In this document: positions 1 to 11,495 of the stretch, piece by piece
Layout: each line of letters opens with the position of its first letter
Position numbering within the stretch: the stretch's first letter is position 1
Assembly (NCBI GenBank): GCA_009103225.1
Contig: RHPI01001507.1
Coordinates: forward strand, 202,249 to 266,248
Direction: 5' to 3'
Length of the DNA stretch: 64,000 nt
Source: Chlorokybus atmophyticus
Lineage: Eukaryota > Plantae > Mesostigma and Chlorokybus algae
Made by a program: the position numbers and the translations under genes
Notes under the pieces: model-generated
Database searches by the model: none
Told to the model about the DNA's origin: nothing
The model's input: only the letters and a program-made list of their open reading frames with translations

Positions 1-359
1 ACACCTGCACGCGCGCAGCCTCTAGCCATGCACATGTACAAACTTCAACACTGACTGTGCACGTGCACGCAGGTGCTGTGAGTGTGCACACACATGCACG
101 CTAGCAGATTCTGACTGTGAACACACACGCACAATTATTGTATCACCATGCACACACATGCAAGCACCTATCAATCTACACACCTGCACGCGCACAGCCT
201 CTAGCCATGCACATGTACAAACTTCAACACTGACTGTGCACGTGCATGCAGGTGCTGTGAGTGTGCACACACATGCATGCTAGCAGATTCTGACTGTGCA
301 CACACATGCACAGTTATTGTATCACCATGCACGCACATGCACGAATTGCTTGACTCTAC
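1..359. repeat. Tandem repeat with a ~179-bp unit (two copies visible, may continue left of the window), intronic
   Basis: ACACCTGCACGCGC...CTAGCCATGCACATGTACAAACTTCAACACTGACTGTGC starts at 1 and again at 180, with few substitutions. Confidence 0.85.
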
Positions 360-466
360 ACACACATACATCACAGCACACAAACACATTCGCACTGCGC
401 ACACGTGCACATTCTAGCACATGCATGCAGCACGCAAGCTCATCCAGACTGTGCACACACGTGTAC

Positions 467-1345
467 CTGCTGCTGCAGGCGTGGCCTTCTTCTTCTTCGA
501 AGGGGCACTTCGCGCAACATGCTCAGACGTTGGGCAATGCACCGGCGCAGTTTCGGAGTGCGCGGGGGGCTCTTGAGCCGGAATGGGCTCAGTCGGCACG
601 GTGCTGGGCGGCGAGTCGGGGCGTGCGTCTGGCCAAGACATTGCGGGTGCTGGGATGGGCATCTGCAGATCGGAATCACGCCACTGAGTGATGCATGAAT
701 TGAATGCACGCACGCACGCATGCAAGCTCACTCGCACACACACACACGCACTCACATCTGCAATTGCACTCTTACACACACGCACACACTCACAAGTAAA
801 ATCACACTCTCACACTCACGCACGCACGCACTATACTGCACTGCACATACACGCACGCACTCACATACGCAATCACACTCTCACACACACGCACAAACAC
901 ACACACACATACGCATGAACACACACGCACGCACGCATGCACGCACGTGCAATCACACCTGCACCAGACGAGGTCCTGTGGCTGGGTTGGGAGGGATGTG
1001 CTGCAGTAGCTCATGCGCTCGCTGCGCCCAATAGCCATCAAGGGTTACATCCGGTGACGTGGACGCAGCATAGTGCAGTCTACCTGGTGCAGCAGTGGGT
1101 TGACTAGCTTGCATTGCATGCCACAGATGCTGCATGTGCTGAGCGTCCATAGCGAGCAACACAACAAACCACCTCGCAATGCCACCGCCTCCGCCTGCCC
1201 TGCGAACTCCGCCGTCGCAGTCTTTAAAAAAACCCCAGCGTCGGCATGTTTGAAATACACGACAAAAGGTGCGAGTATCAGCTCAGGCTTTGTCGTCCAC
1301 TCAGACGCGACCGCAACTGCCGCGGCCCCCCTAACATTTCCTAAA
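467..1345 (-). CDS. Exons of an unidentified gene running off the left edge (Pro/Ala-rich segment ending SKKKKATPAAA)
   Basis: GC-rich exon 467-662 bounded by CTGCAG| and |GT on the minus strand (MPIPAPAMSWPDARPDSPP...); second exon from ~959; open frame 1170-1345 (EWTTKPELILAPFVVYFKHADAG). Start codon and family not identified. Confidence 0.5.
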
Positions 1346-1699
1346 GCCGCTCGGGAGGTGGTTTAGGAAAAGTTGATAATGCACTGCAATGCATTGCAGA
1401 CAAATAGCCACGCTGGCATCGAGGTTAAGCAGCTCGATACTAACCGGCGGCCTAATCGACTAGTGTAACTGGTGCCTCCATTAGGTTAGAACGAAAAGCG
1501 CCGCCACGTCTGATAACCGCGAGGCTCGAACCTTAGGTGTAAAGACCCTCTAAGTTGCAACTGTGGGTCCCGTCCAAAACGCTGCGGCGGTGGTGCCGCT
1601 GGCCAAGCTCAGGCTGGGCTGGAGGGCGGTGCAGGTCTAGATGCTAGTTTGTTTGTGTATTACTTGTATGGTTGGCATGGTGTTCACACGGCTTGACGT

Positions 1700-3395
1700 T
1701 GAAGGACCATGCATGGTCCTTTCACGGACCCCGCGGACCATGCATAGTCCGTACCCCACGGGCCAGGACTGCCTGGTCCGCGGGGGACGGACCGTTCCTA
1801 GTCCGTTCGGGGCCCCGCGGCCCGTGAATGACTGGCGCGGCGACGCGCACCACGCATGGTCCGTGCCGCACCATCCATGGTGCTGCACGAACCAGTACTG
1901 TACGCTGGCCCTTGAATGCGGACCAGGTGCGGTCCCGCAGTCCTGTGGCTTTGTTAGCATGCACCGTACATGGTGCCGCATGGTCCGCGCCGCACTATGT
2001 ACGGTGCAGCACGGACCAGTGACCGCGGCCCTGCCGCTATCATGAGTAGGTAGCAGCAACCTACGTAAGGTACAATAGATTGCCTAACTGCCTGATTGCA
2101 CAAATGCACTTAACGTGTTAATTGACGGCGTGTATAGCCGACAGCCGCACCGACTGTCGGCTATACACCGTGGACAGCCGCAAGTGGATAGCGGCAAATG
2201 GTCGGCGGCTAATTGACAGCCGGCCGGCTGTCAACTAAGCTGTAAGGGGCTGTCTATGCAATAAACATACTTCATAGTACCGTGCGTGTATTTGCAAAAA
2301 TCTGTGAACATGCACCATTAACATGTTCTATGCGTTTATCTAAGTATCTACGTATATGAACATTAAATATATATCATAAAATACATATATATAAAAAGTT
2401 AGCGTGTGCACAAATGGATCCAAATCTTATACGCATTTTAAATTGCTATATCAGCCGTATTATGGGGTGAGCCGTGTTGTACAAGGTATGTCTCATGTAA
2501 ACATACGTGTAAGAAGTATACATAAGTCACGTCACTTATTAAAATAGCCTCTTATGAGACCGCAGAATGATTGAAAGCCCCGACCAAACATTGTGTCCAA
2601 TCAGCCAGTAGATACCTACATTAGTGCCGCAATGCTCGGCGTTCCGTATTTATATCATATAAACGTGTATATGTATATATACGAATGTTTACATATGTAC
2701 ACATGTACATGTGTGTATGCGCACGCAAGCAGGATATTGACAACCCCAAATAAGGTTACATACTCATGAGCAGCCCCCAACAAAGCATTGTAGTTTACAC
2801 ACCTTGGCAGCCGCCGAGTTGCGGCTGCCTGTGTCATCAATAATGACTTAAAATGATGTGATACCGTGGATTAATACTGGTACAGCATATGCCCATTGAT
2901 AGCGCATGCACTGCCTATGGGCCTGTCAATTCACAACGCCGACTTCCTGTGCAATTTCCGCCGCCGACAGTCGCCAAGCGGCCGTCGGTACAGTCTATTA
3001 TGCAAACACTGCACTATCGGTACGTGAACATGTAGCTTAATGGTCAGGGTGTCGTGTTTGTATTCCAAAGATCTTGGGTTCGACTCTCGGTAGATGCATG
3101 CGTTCTTCATTCATCATTTCTAAGACGCTGCGGCCTCGTGCGCTGCAGCCTGCGGCCCCGCAGATTGGGCGTGGCCGGTGCTGCCGGCTCAAGATAGAGC
3201 ACTTTTCCGTCATTTGCATTACATCTGATGCTTATGAATAAATATTGCGGTCAATGGTCCGCTAGCCGGACCAGTAATGATTTTTAAACTAAATATTTGT
3301 GTTAAGTCCCTGGTCCGCAAACTGGCTCGTACCTGGTCCTGACGTGACCGTAAACAGGCCGGACCAGACATGGTCCACGGAATTCACTTAGCAGG
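1700..3395. mobile_element. Candidate non-autonomous DNA transposon or nested repeats: GGACC/GGTCC motif clusters bracketing an AT-rich core
   Basis: Dense GGACC/GGTCC motifs in both orientations at ~1700-2030 and ~3250-3380; palindromes at 1702-1721, 2130-2168, 2213-2234; AT-rich interior. No clear TIR or TSD found. Confidence 0.4.
3026..3098 (+). pseudogene. Degenerate tRNA-like sequence (Thr-TGT register), tRNA pseudogene or SINE head
   Basis: A-box TAGCTTAATGGTCAG and B-box GGTTCGACTC at tRNA spacing; fits 73-nt numbering with TGT at 34-36 and A37; acceptor and anticodon stems broken, D and T stems mostly G-U. Confidence 0.6.
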
Positions 3396-3579
3396 GGAAA
3401 ATCCCGGTTCGAGGGTACGGATTTATGGTTCTTTGACGTCAATCGGTGTGGTTGCGGCACGCAGCAAGTAGCTCGCTGCCCGCTGCTCCGTAGCTTGCTT
3501 GCGTCTAGGCCAGCAGCTGCCTGCTGCGCTCTCTCTTGTTATCGCTTTCAAATCCGTTACTAACGCTGCTGCGCTTTTA

Positions 3580-4190
3580 GGCAAGGAGTTGTGTGTTTAC
3601 ATGGGGAAGTTAAAGGAGAATATGCGTTTTTTGCTGCATCACCCTACGGAACGGATTTGATGGAATTTTGGGATTACTCTGGCTGAGGCAACAACCCATC
3701 CAACCCATCTACCGATTGGAGAAAGCGTGTGCTCACCATCAAGGGAGACGATGAGGAGTCCATTTCAGGTCTACGCGCGTGCTCCATCGAAGTGGAAGAC
3801 TACTCTTGCGAGGAAAGCGGGAAGGGCTTTGTCATAGCTGCGTCAGACCGATGCCAGCAGCCTGACGCAAGCCAGCAGCTTGCTGCCTGCTGCGCTCTTG
3901 CTCTCAATCTCTCCCTTTAAGTCGCTCGTTCTTTGTGTTTGTTGGCGTGTGCGTCGGCGTCAGCATCGGCGTTAATTGTGGTGCACTGTGTTACCTCATT
4001 TGCCGATTCTTATCTTGCGAAAGTTGTGCATTATGCACTATGCTCCCTCATTGCAGTTCTTACCTTGCACTTGATGGTTAATGTGGTGTGGCTGCAGGTA
4101 TGGTGCGCTCGTATTGTTGTCAACATTGATAGCCGATGAAGTTCACCCACTGTGGCAACAAGATCGCACGCTCCCAAGCATACATGCACA
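3580..4190 (+). pseudogene. Exon-like coding relics of unknown family with an in-frame stop
   Basis: After TTTTAG: QGVVCLHGEVKGEYAFFAASPYGTDLMEFWDYSG*GNNPSNPSTDWRKRVLTIKGDDEESISG...; second block CTGCAG|...|GTGAG at ~4097-4190. Confidence 0.3.
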
Positions 4191-5707
4191 GGTGAGCTCA
4201 GCAATGCTTCGTTTGCTAGCGTTATTTCCTCATGTGCGATCCAGCAGGCAACTGAGTTGTCTGCTGGATCGCACATGAGGAGTTAACCGATACCTCCAAA
4301 GGGTGTTTCCCCATTAGCGGGTTTCACTTCTCCTCCTCGTAATGGTGAAAACCAACCGTAGCGCCATGCAACCTCCTCACTCATGAAGTTGCTGTTTGCT
4401 CCACTATCAACCATAAGGTTGCACTCCCTCCATTGTCCTCGGTTATTGCAAATGCGTGCTAGAAGCTCAGCGTACTTGTTACCTCCTCGCTTGCATGACT
4501 TACCACCATGGGCGTATTCATAGCCACCTCCATTTTCTTCTTTGGTTGCGATGTCACATCCCCAACAGTAGCCTTCTTACCTACTGGGGGAGTCGTTTCT
4601 CTGATCCTCCACGCCATCTTCCTCCATTGCGTTGCGGCGTGCGCAATATGTGTCGCTAGCTGATGCAGACGTTTGCGTGCGCCGCTTCGAGCAATTGAAC
4701 GCCAAATGTTTTATCGAAAATGTTGTGCCGCGCACGTAACACTTGCGCACTCTGCTACCTGCCTCACTACGTCCACCGTGCTTCGCCACGCCGTTACGCG
4801 TGTGTACGGCGCCCACCTCCATTGGTGATCATCAAAAATCAGCTCCACCTTCCTCTGCAAGTTGTGAACTTGGTTCCCTTCGTGTCCATGCATGTCGAAA
4901 GCTTCCCGTAGACTGATCACCACGCTCTTGCTTGCTCCCACGCCTCCAGTCAGCGTTTGTTGCAGAAGACTTGTAGTACAACGCGTTGAGATGCTCCGCG
5001 ATGCGTATAGCTTCCGCTAAAGTTTTGGGGTCCCGTAGCTCCACTTCTTTGCTTCCCAAAGGTTTTAAACCACGTGTGTACTTGTCCAACTGCTCTTCCT
5101 CGGTCATGTTGGGTATGGACATCACCAACCGCTGAAAAGTAGCCGTGTACGCCGTCACCAACCCCGTTTGCACAATGGCTGCAATTTTATCGCGTGCGGC
5201 CTTCACACTCTCCGCGGGAACAACTTAATGCCTGATCTCCAAAGCCAACTCTTCCATGGTGGTCAATGGTAGCGCCAACCCACTTGCAACACGCGTACAA
5301 CGATGTCTCCACCATACAAGTGCTGCACCTTCAAGCAATGTCGCTGCAACCTCCACGTGCGAATGCGTGGGCACCTCCGTGAGCTTCAACCAACACTATA
5401 CTTGCAAAATCCATTCGTATACTGCATCTTCATCACGTTGACTTGACTCTTGAATGGCTTGGGCTTTGGCACCTTCACATGCACGCGCGAGCTTGATGCC
5501 ATGGGAACTTGTACACGCGCCATCGCATGCTCATACGCCTCGTGTTGTGCTTGTGCCGCCGCTTGAGTGTGATAACTCTTCCCTCAATGCTAAGATGGCA
5601 GCTTGAAGCCATGCGAGCATCCCACATCTCCACTAATACACTACGCTCCGCTTCCGAATGAAAAGTGTAAACGCCCACACTTCCTCTCTCACCTTCGTAA
5701 ACCGTGC

Positions 5708-5719
5708 TCCCAGATACCA
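5708..5719 (-). promoter_or_regulatory. Primer-binding site, tRNA-iMet type (degenerate)
   Basis: TGGTATCTGGGAGC begins 2 nt after the LTR end, resembling canonical TGGTATCAGAGC. Confidence 0.6.
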
Positions 5720-5721
5720 GT

Positions 5722-6072
5722 TGTAATGGTGCTTGTGCCTTGTCACCTGTGAGTTAGTTTAATCAACAACCCTCTCACCAAGACACGGTATTCACATCAG
5801 AACCTTGCCCCCTCTGCCAAGCACACACGCGCGCCCGGCCACGCGCGTACGCACGGGCATGCGCTCGCAGCTACACACCAACTTGTGTAGCGCCTTGGAT
5901 CGTCATGCAAGCGAGCACACACCAGTGGACACACGCTAGCAACCCCTGCTAACCACCACCAAGCTTGCACACCAGAAACTAGGGAGCTAAAGGTTGTATT
6001 GCACATTGTAGAATGTCGCTTTTATACCTACCAGTCTGCACATGCTACTGTCTTGACGATGCCTGTGCTACA
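5722..6072 (-). repeat. 5' LTR of the Gypsy relic (351 bp, TGTA...TACA termini)
   Basis: Minus strand begins TGTAGC at 6072 and ends CATTACA at 5722; TATAAAA near 6020; immediately followed by a PBS-like motif. Confidence 0.7.
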
Positions 6073-7238
6073 CAAAACTAGATTCTAGAATGTTATTGCA
6101 GAACCTTGTAGTATACTTTAAACCTTTTTTACACACCAAAGATCTCCGAATTAGGTGCTCATGTACTACTTGGCGCCAGGCCCTTCCAGAAATCCGGTCG
6201 AGGCCTTCTCGACTGACCCTCCGTTTTCTGGCACCTTCCGGACTGGTCCTGGGGCCCCGGTCGATATCCGTGGCAAACTCATAACTCGCCGATATTTGCC
6301 ACAAGTCATGAAAACGTGGTGCGCAATAAATGGGCCACGAAAAGGTCCTAAAATCATGAAAGTTGGCCTCGACTGTTACAGTGAAGGTGGTGTCGTCAGT
6401 CGCCATCATCAGCGTTGAACCTTATGCTGTGGGTGTCACCGTCGGTGGCCATTGGACTGCCAGCCTGTCCACTGTGTCAACCCGCTGCTCATCACCGCTC
6501 AGCATGCATGCTGTGGTGCCTTGTGTGCCACAGTCACCGCCGCAGGACAACCGCCGCGGGTCAGCTACGTGTCGCTTACGTGATGCACGGGACAATCCTC
6601 CCTCGTATCTAAAACTCACTTTGTTGTTGATCATTGAAGATGAGAAGCCCAAACTGAGACCCACTCGATTGCTATCAGGTCTGGATCAATGCACACCATC
6701 TATCCAGCGCTTGCTACTGCTGATGTGGTGGATCTGCAGTAGATTCTGACGCCCTGCGTCACGCGGGTTACAGGCCCCGCGTAACGCACGATTGCTGCCC
6801 GCGTCCTTCCAATCACTCATCCCACACAACGCGCGCCGTAAGACGCTTTCCAGCGTCACGTGAGAGGCCCTCTGAGGCTTGAGAAGCGTCACGCATCTCC
6901 ATGCACTTCACTACAATCTCATCGTACACATCATTCAGATTGCACTTTTTGCCCCCAACGACACGCTAACTCGGTCATTCTGTGCCCAAAGCAAATGGAG
7001 TGTAGTCTACTGTAGCCAGTATGCCGCTAAGCTGCACCGTTCTGTCTCAGCTGCTTGCCGGTCAGCTTGACAGTGTCGCGCCGCCGGCTAATTGGCAAAA
7101 GCCGCGGGCGGGCATCGGCTTGCCACAGGACGGGGTCCGTCACGGTGTATATAAAGTGCTCGGCGCTTGCTGTCAACATCATTGACGTTGCTGCTGGCAT
7201 AGTTGGCTCTGTTGCTGGCATTATTGGAGTTGTCCAGC

Positions 7239-10200
7239 ATGGCGGCGGCGTCGTCAGCGGTGTTTGGGGGGTCTGTGGCCTCGTCTTCCAGGCGGGATGT
7301 GGGAATCAGCAGGAAGCCCGAGGCGGCTGTGCGGTTGGTAGTTCCTGCTGCTGGTGGGAAGAAGGCTGGTGCAGTTCACTGGAGGCAAGCTACACGCTGC
7401 CAGGCTGTGGAGGCTACCTCGCCTGAGACTGTCGCTGCGGGAGCTGCCACCGTCGCCGCTGGAGCTGCTGCCGTGGCAGCTGCCGTTCCAGTGGTCAAGG
7501 AGAAGATTAAGGAGGTCATTGAGGAGAAGGAAGAGGTCCCCCCAGTTGAAGGTGAGCACACTCTTCATGCTCTCACACACTTGATGCTCTCACACACATT
7601 GCCTCACATGCTTGAAACCCTAATTGTTGCATTGCACACGCATATATGTGCATGCTCATGCTCATGCTCGACTGTTGACTGTTGACTTGTCTCACAGAGC
7701 TGCGCAAGTCTATCGATCCTCTGAAGGTGGTTCTCTTCCAGTCCTTCAACTGGGAGTCACATAAAAACGACTGGTATGTCATCCTGAAGAATTGCGTGCC
7801 GGACCTGGCTGCTGCCGGCATTACAGACGTGTGGCTGCCCCCACCTTCCAAGTCGGTTGCCTCACAAGGTAAGCTTGTTGAAGAATACATGTTGTCGTGC
7901 ACATTGTCATACGTATTGTCATGCACGTTGGCACACTGTCACGAACTGTTATGCTCGCATTGTGTTGTTGTCAAGCTGCAATGTAAGTGCACACACACAT
8001 GTGCCCACATGCGCGTGCATGGATACAGGCACAGGCACAGGCACACAGTGCGTGTGTGTGAACGGTAGCAACATGCGTTGTTGGTCATTAAATGCAAGTG
8101 CACAGCATTGTATGCACCTGCATATGCATGCTATCTGTTTGCATCAAATATAATGATGCTTGGTTACCACTAGTCTGCTGAACGTGTCGTGTTGCTGTGC
8201 GTAGGTTACATGCCCACGCAGCTGTACAACCTGGACGAGTCCGCCTATGGCACTGAAGCGGAGCTGCGGGAACTCATCGATGAGCTCCACAAGCATGGCC
8301 TCCGCGCTATTGCCGACATTGTCATCAACCATCGCTGCGCAGACTTCCAGGTATGCTGCATTGTTCAGTTGGCCATTGCATGTCACGCGCGCTTCAACGT
8401 GTGAATTGTGCACACACTCACCTGCGCGCACACATACACGAGTGCACATGCACGCACGCACTCACTCGCATGCACCTGTACACTCATGCACACACATGTG
8501 TATGCGAAAAAGTATCAGATGTAATGTGTGTTGTTGTCTTGCAGGATGAGAGAGGTGTTTGGGCTGTGTTTGAGGGTGGCACTGAGGGTCCCGAGTTGGA
8601 TTGGGGTCCCTGGGCAATCGTGAAGGGCGACGAGTACAGCGACGGCTCGGCCAAGAGCCACGACACGGGAGAGGACTATGGCGCCGCACCCGACATTGAC
8701 CACACCAATGAGCGTGTCCAGCAGGACCTTTCCGACTGGATGCAATGGCTCAAGAACGACATTGGCTTTGATGGCTGGCGATTCGACTTTGTCAAGGTGT
8801 GTGGATGTGCGTGTGCACATATGTGTGTGCAAATGCCTGTGCTCTCGTGTGTGCAAAAGAGAGTCTGCGCTTATGTGTGGGTGTATGCACTTGCGCGGGT
8901 GTCATTCCGTCTGTCTGTTGTGTGCAATGTGCTTACACGTCTCCATTACTTATGCAGGGTTATGCTGGCTGGGCTGTTGGGCTCTATAACGACCGCACAG
9001 AACCTGCCTTCTCTGTTGGCGAGCTGTGGGGCAACTGCACTTATGATGATAGCGGCCTTGCTTACAACCAGGGTAAGAAGCACAATCAGTCTCACCCTGC
9101 ACTGCACACATGTAGAATTGCACATGGTTTGGTCTCAAAGCATACAACTACACCTGTTGCAGTCCATTGAGCATTGCTAACAATTGCTTCCCTTGCATGT
9201 GCAGACTCGCACAGGCAGCAGCTTTGCAATTGGATTGACGAGACGGGTGCCAGCTCTACTGCGTTCGACTTCACGACAAAAGGCATTTTGCAGGAGGCTG
9301 TGAACTGCCAGTACTGGCGCCTGAAAGACCCCAACGGCAAGCCATCAGGACTCATAGGATGGTACCCAAGCAAAGCTGTCACATTCATCGACAACCACGA
9401 CACCGGATCAACGCAGGTATGGCATTTGTATTATTGTCGCGTTCTCTTCCCACTGCTCATCCCACTGCACAGTTGCAGATCCGTCTCAATCTGTACACCA
9501 CACACATCATGCAAGTCGATAGACGCTAGCAGTGTGTGCATGTTTGTTGTACACAAGCATGTGGTATATGTGCCGTAGCATGCACGTATATGTGGATGCA
9601 TTCCACCCACCAACCTGTGTGCATGTGTCATTGTGCGCGCTTGCATTGGTGTGTGCATGTGCGCACGGGTGTGTGCATGTGTGTGTGCCTGCATGTGTGC
9701 GTGAGAATGAGCATGCATCTGTGTCACACCACACAAGTGCTTTCAACTGCATTCTCAATATCTGTCATTGCTCCCCCCTACAGGCGCACTGGCCTTTCCC
9801 TGGCGACAAGGTGATGCAAGGCTATGCTTACATCCTGACTCACCCGGGCATCCCGACGGTATTTTACGACCACTTCTTCGACTGGGGGCTGCGCGAAGAA
9901 CTTCGCAAGCTCCTCGAGGTGCGGCGCCGCAACGACATCAAGGCCGACGCAGCCATCACCATCGGCCCCGCGGAGGATGATCTGTACTTGGCGTACATTG
10001 ATGACAAGCTCATCGTCAAACTTGGGCCGAGGTGAGTACTGGGATATGCTAGACGTGGCTGTGTGTGCGTGAGTGCATATGTGTCTGAGTGCGGGTGAGT
10101 TTGTGACCTGTGTTAAAGGAACAAACACACATTGACCATATGGCACTCTATCTTGCAGATATGATCTCGGGGACTTGACGCCTGATGAGAGCGTGTGGCA

Positions 10201-10249
10201 AGTGGCGGCTGCTGGCGCAGACTACTGCGTGTGGGAGAAGAAGAAGTGA
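7239..10249 (+). CDS. AMY: Alpha-amylase (GH13), probably plastid-targeted; 8 exons: 7239-7551, 7698-7868, 8205-8350, 8545-8796, 8958-9072, 9205-9416, 9784-10031, 10159-10249
   Basis: Motifs [54 protein letters not shown]; Ser/Ala-rich N-terminus; all GT-AG junctions keep frame. Confidence 0.95.
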
Positions 10250-10416
10250 AGAGGAGTGGGGTGAAATATACACCATTGTGTCCTACTTGTGAGTTGGGTT
10301 GTTGTGTGGCGCTGTACAGCTCTCAATGTATGTCTAGCAGCTCTAACATTACTATATAGCGTAGTACGTTGGCGATTGTTGCCAACACAAAACATTGTGT
10401 ACGTCGTTATTGTTGG

Positions 10417-10581
10417 TCCAACTGTGTGCAACACAGTTGGATAGTTGATACCCTGAAATGACCACTGTGGCTAGCAAGAGTGTGCCTGTGTAACTATCAA
10501 CTATCCAACTGTGTGCAACACAGTTGGATAGTTGATACCCTGAAATGACCACTGTGGCTAGCAAGAGTGTGCCTGTGTAAC
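10417..10581. repeat. Two identical 78-bp direct repeats (10417-10494, 10504-10581) with a 43-bp hairpin across the junction
   Basis: TCCAACTGTGTGCAACACAGTTGG...GCCTGTGTAAC occurs twice; TATCAACTATCCAACTGTGT-GCA-ACACAGTTGGATAGTTGATA at 10495-10537. Confidence 0.9.
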
Positions 10582-11495
10582 GCATGTTGCTGGCTGTGCA
10601 GCACGCCAACAATGGTGCAAACTCAGTATCTGAATGCTGAATGCTGCCCCATGTGCAGCTTTTTACACAGTTGTCTATGTTAGAGGTTCTTGCTGGTTTC
10701 GCTTTTAGCTTGCGGGGTTACAAGCGTAGTGTGCACGCATGTGCTCAGCAGATAAAGCTGCAAAATGAAAGTCGTATCATTAATGCAGGTACATCACCTT
10801 GGTGTTGTGCTCCACTCTGTGTTGGCTTGCTGAATGTGCGCGTGTGTGCACTAAACTTGCATTGCTATTATAGTCTATACATATACATAGTAACTGACTG
10901 TGGAGCTGTCACTACCGTACAAGACGCTCTTCTTATGAAACTGGTCGTACATAATCTAGTATATCATCGAAGTACGTAGTGTTTTAATAAGCACATCCGT
11001 GTGTACCTGTTGATTCAGCTGTGCGCTTAGTGTACAGGATGCTGCCAGTAGTGTTTAAAATGTTGTGCGTGCGGTGCATGTGATGTTGTCACTGCCTGAA
11101 TGCATGTCCTATGCATGCGTGCATGAGCGTTGATGACATATCAGAACACTTGCAAGGCAAAAACGATAGCATTCTCAGCTGCAGTCATCTTGCCACTACG
11201 TTTGTGCGTATGCATAAGTGAGATATTTCATGGCAGCAACGTCATGTCACACCATTGCATCAGTGCATTGCGTTAGTAACCATAGGTGTCCACACATCAA
11301 ACACAGTTGCGGCAAATGCAACTCATGCTGATGCAGCGGCAGTCCGTGTATAGCATGCATGTATCGTCGTATGGTTTTGCAAATGTACTTGTGCAATGCT
11401 AGCTACACAGTAGTAATCGCAAACCAAAATGTTCGTGCAAAATAACGAAACTCCAGTAGTGTTACACATGTGTCCCCATCCTTTACTTGAAGCTA

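Larger units (their letters stand above)
4500..6072 (-). mobile_element. gag: Decayed Ty3/Gypsy LTR retrotransposon (LTR, PBS, gag with stops and frameshift, degenerate zinc knuckle; no pol, no second LTR seen)
   Basis: Minus-strand translation gives VKVPKPKPF...EWILQV*CWL...AATLLEGAALVWW...KAARDKIAAIVQTGLVTAYTATFQRLVMSIPNMTEEEQLDKYTRGLKP...ELRDPKTLAEAIRIAE (retrotransposon gag domain) and RKCYVRG...HLAFNC. Confidence 0.85.

Noticed and set aside
1500-1590. Minus-strand GGTTCGAGCC B-box-like motif suggesting a second tRNA
   Set aside because: No A-box at proper spacing and no cloverleaf.
6363-6900. ORFs between the LTR and amylase as a possible transposase remnant
   Set aside because: No DDE, RT, integrase or other motif recognised.
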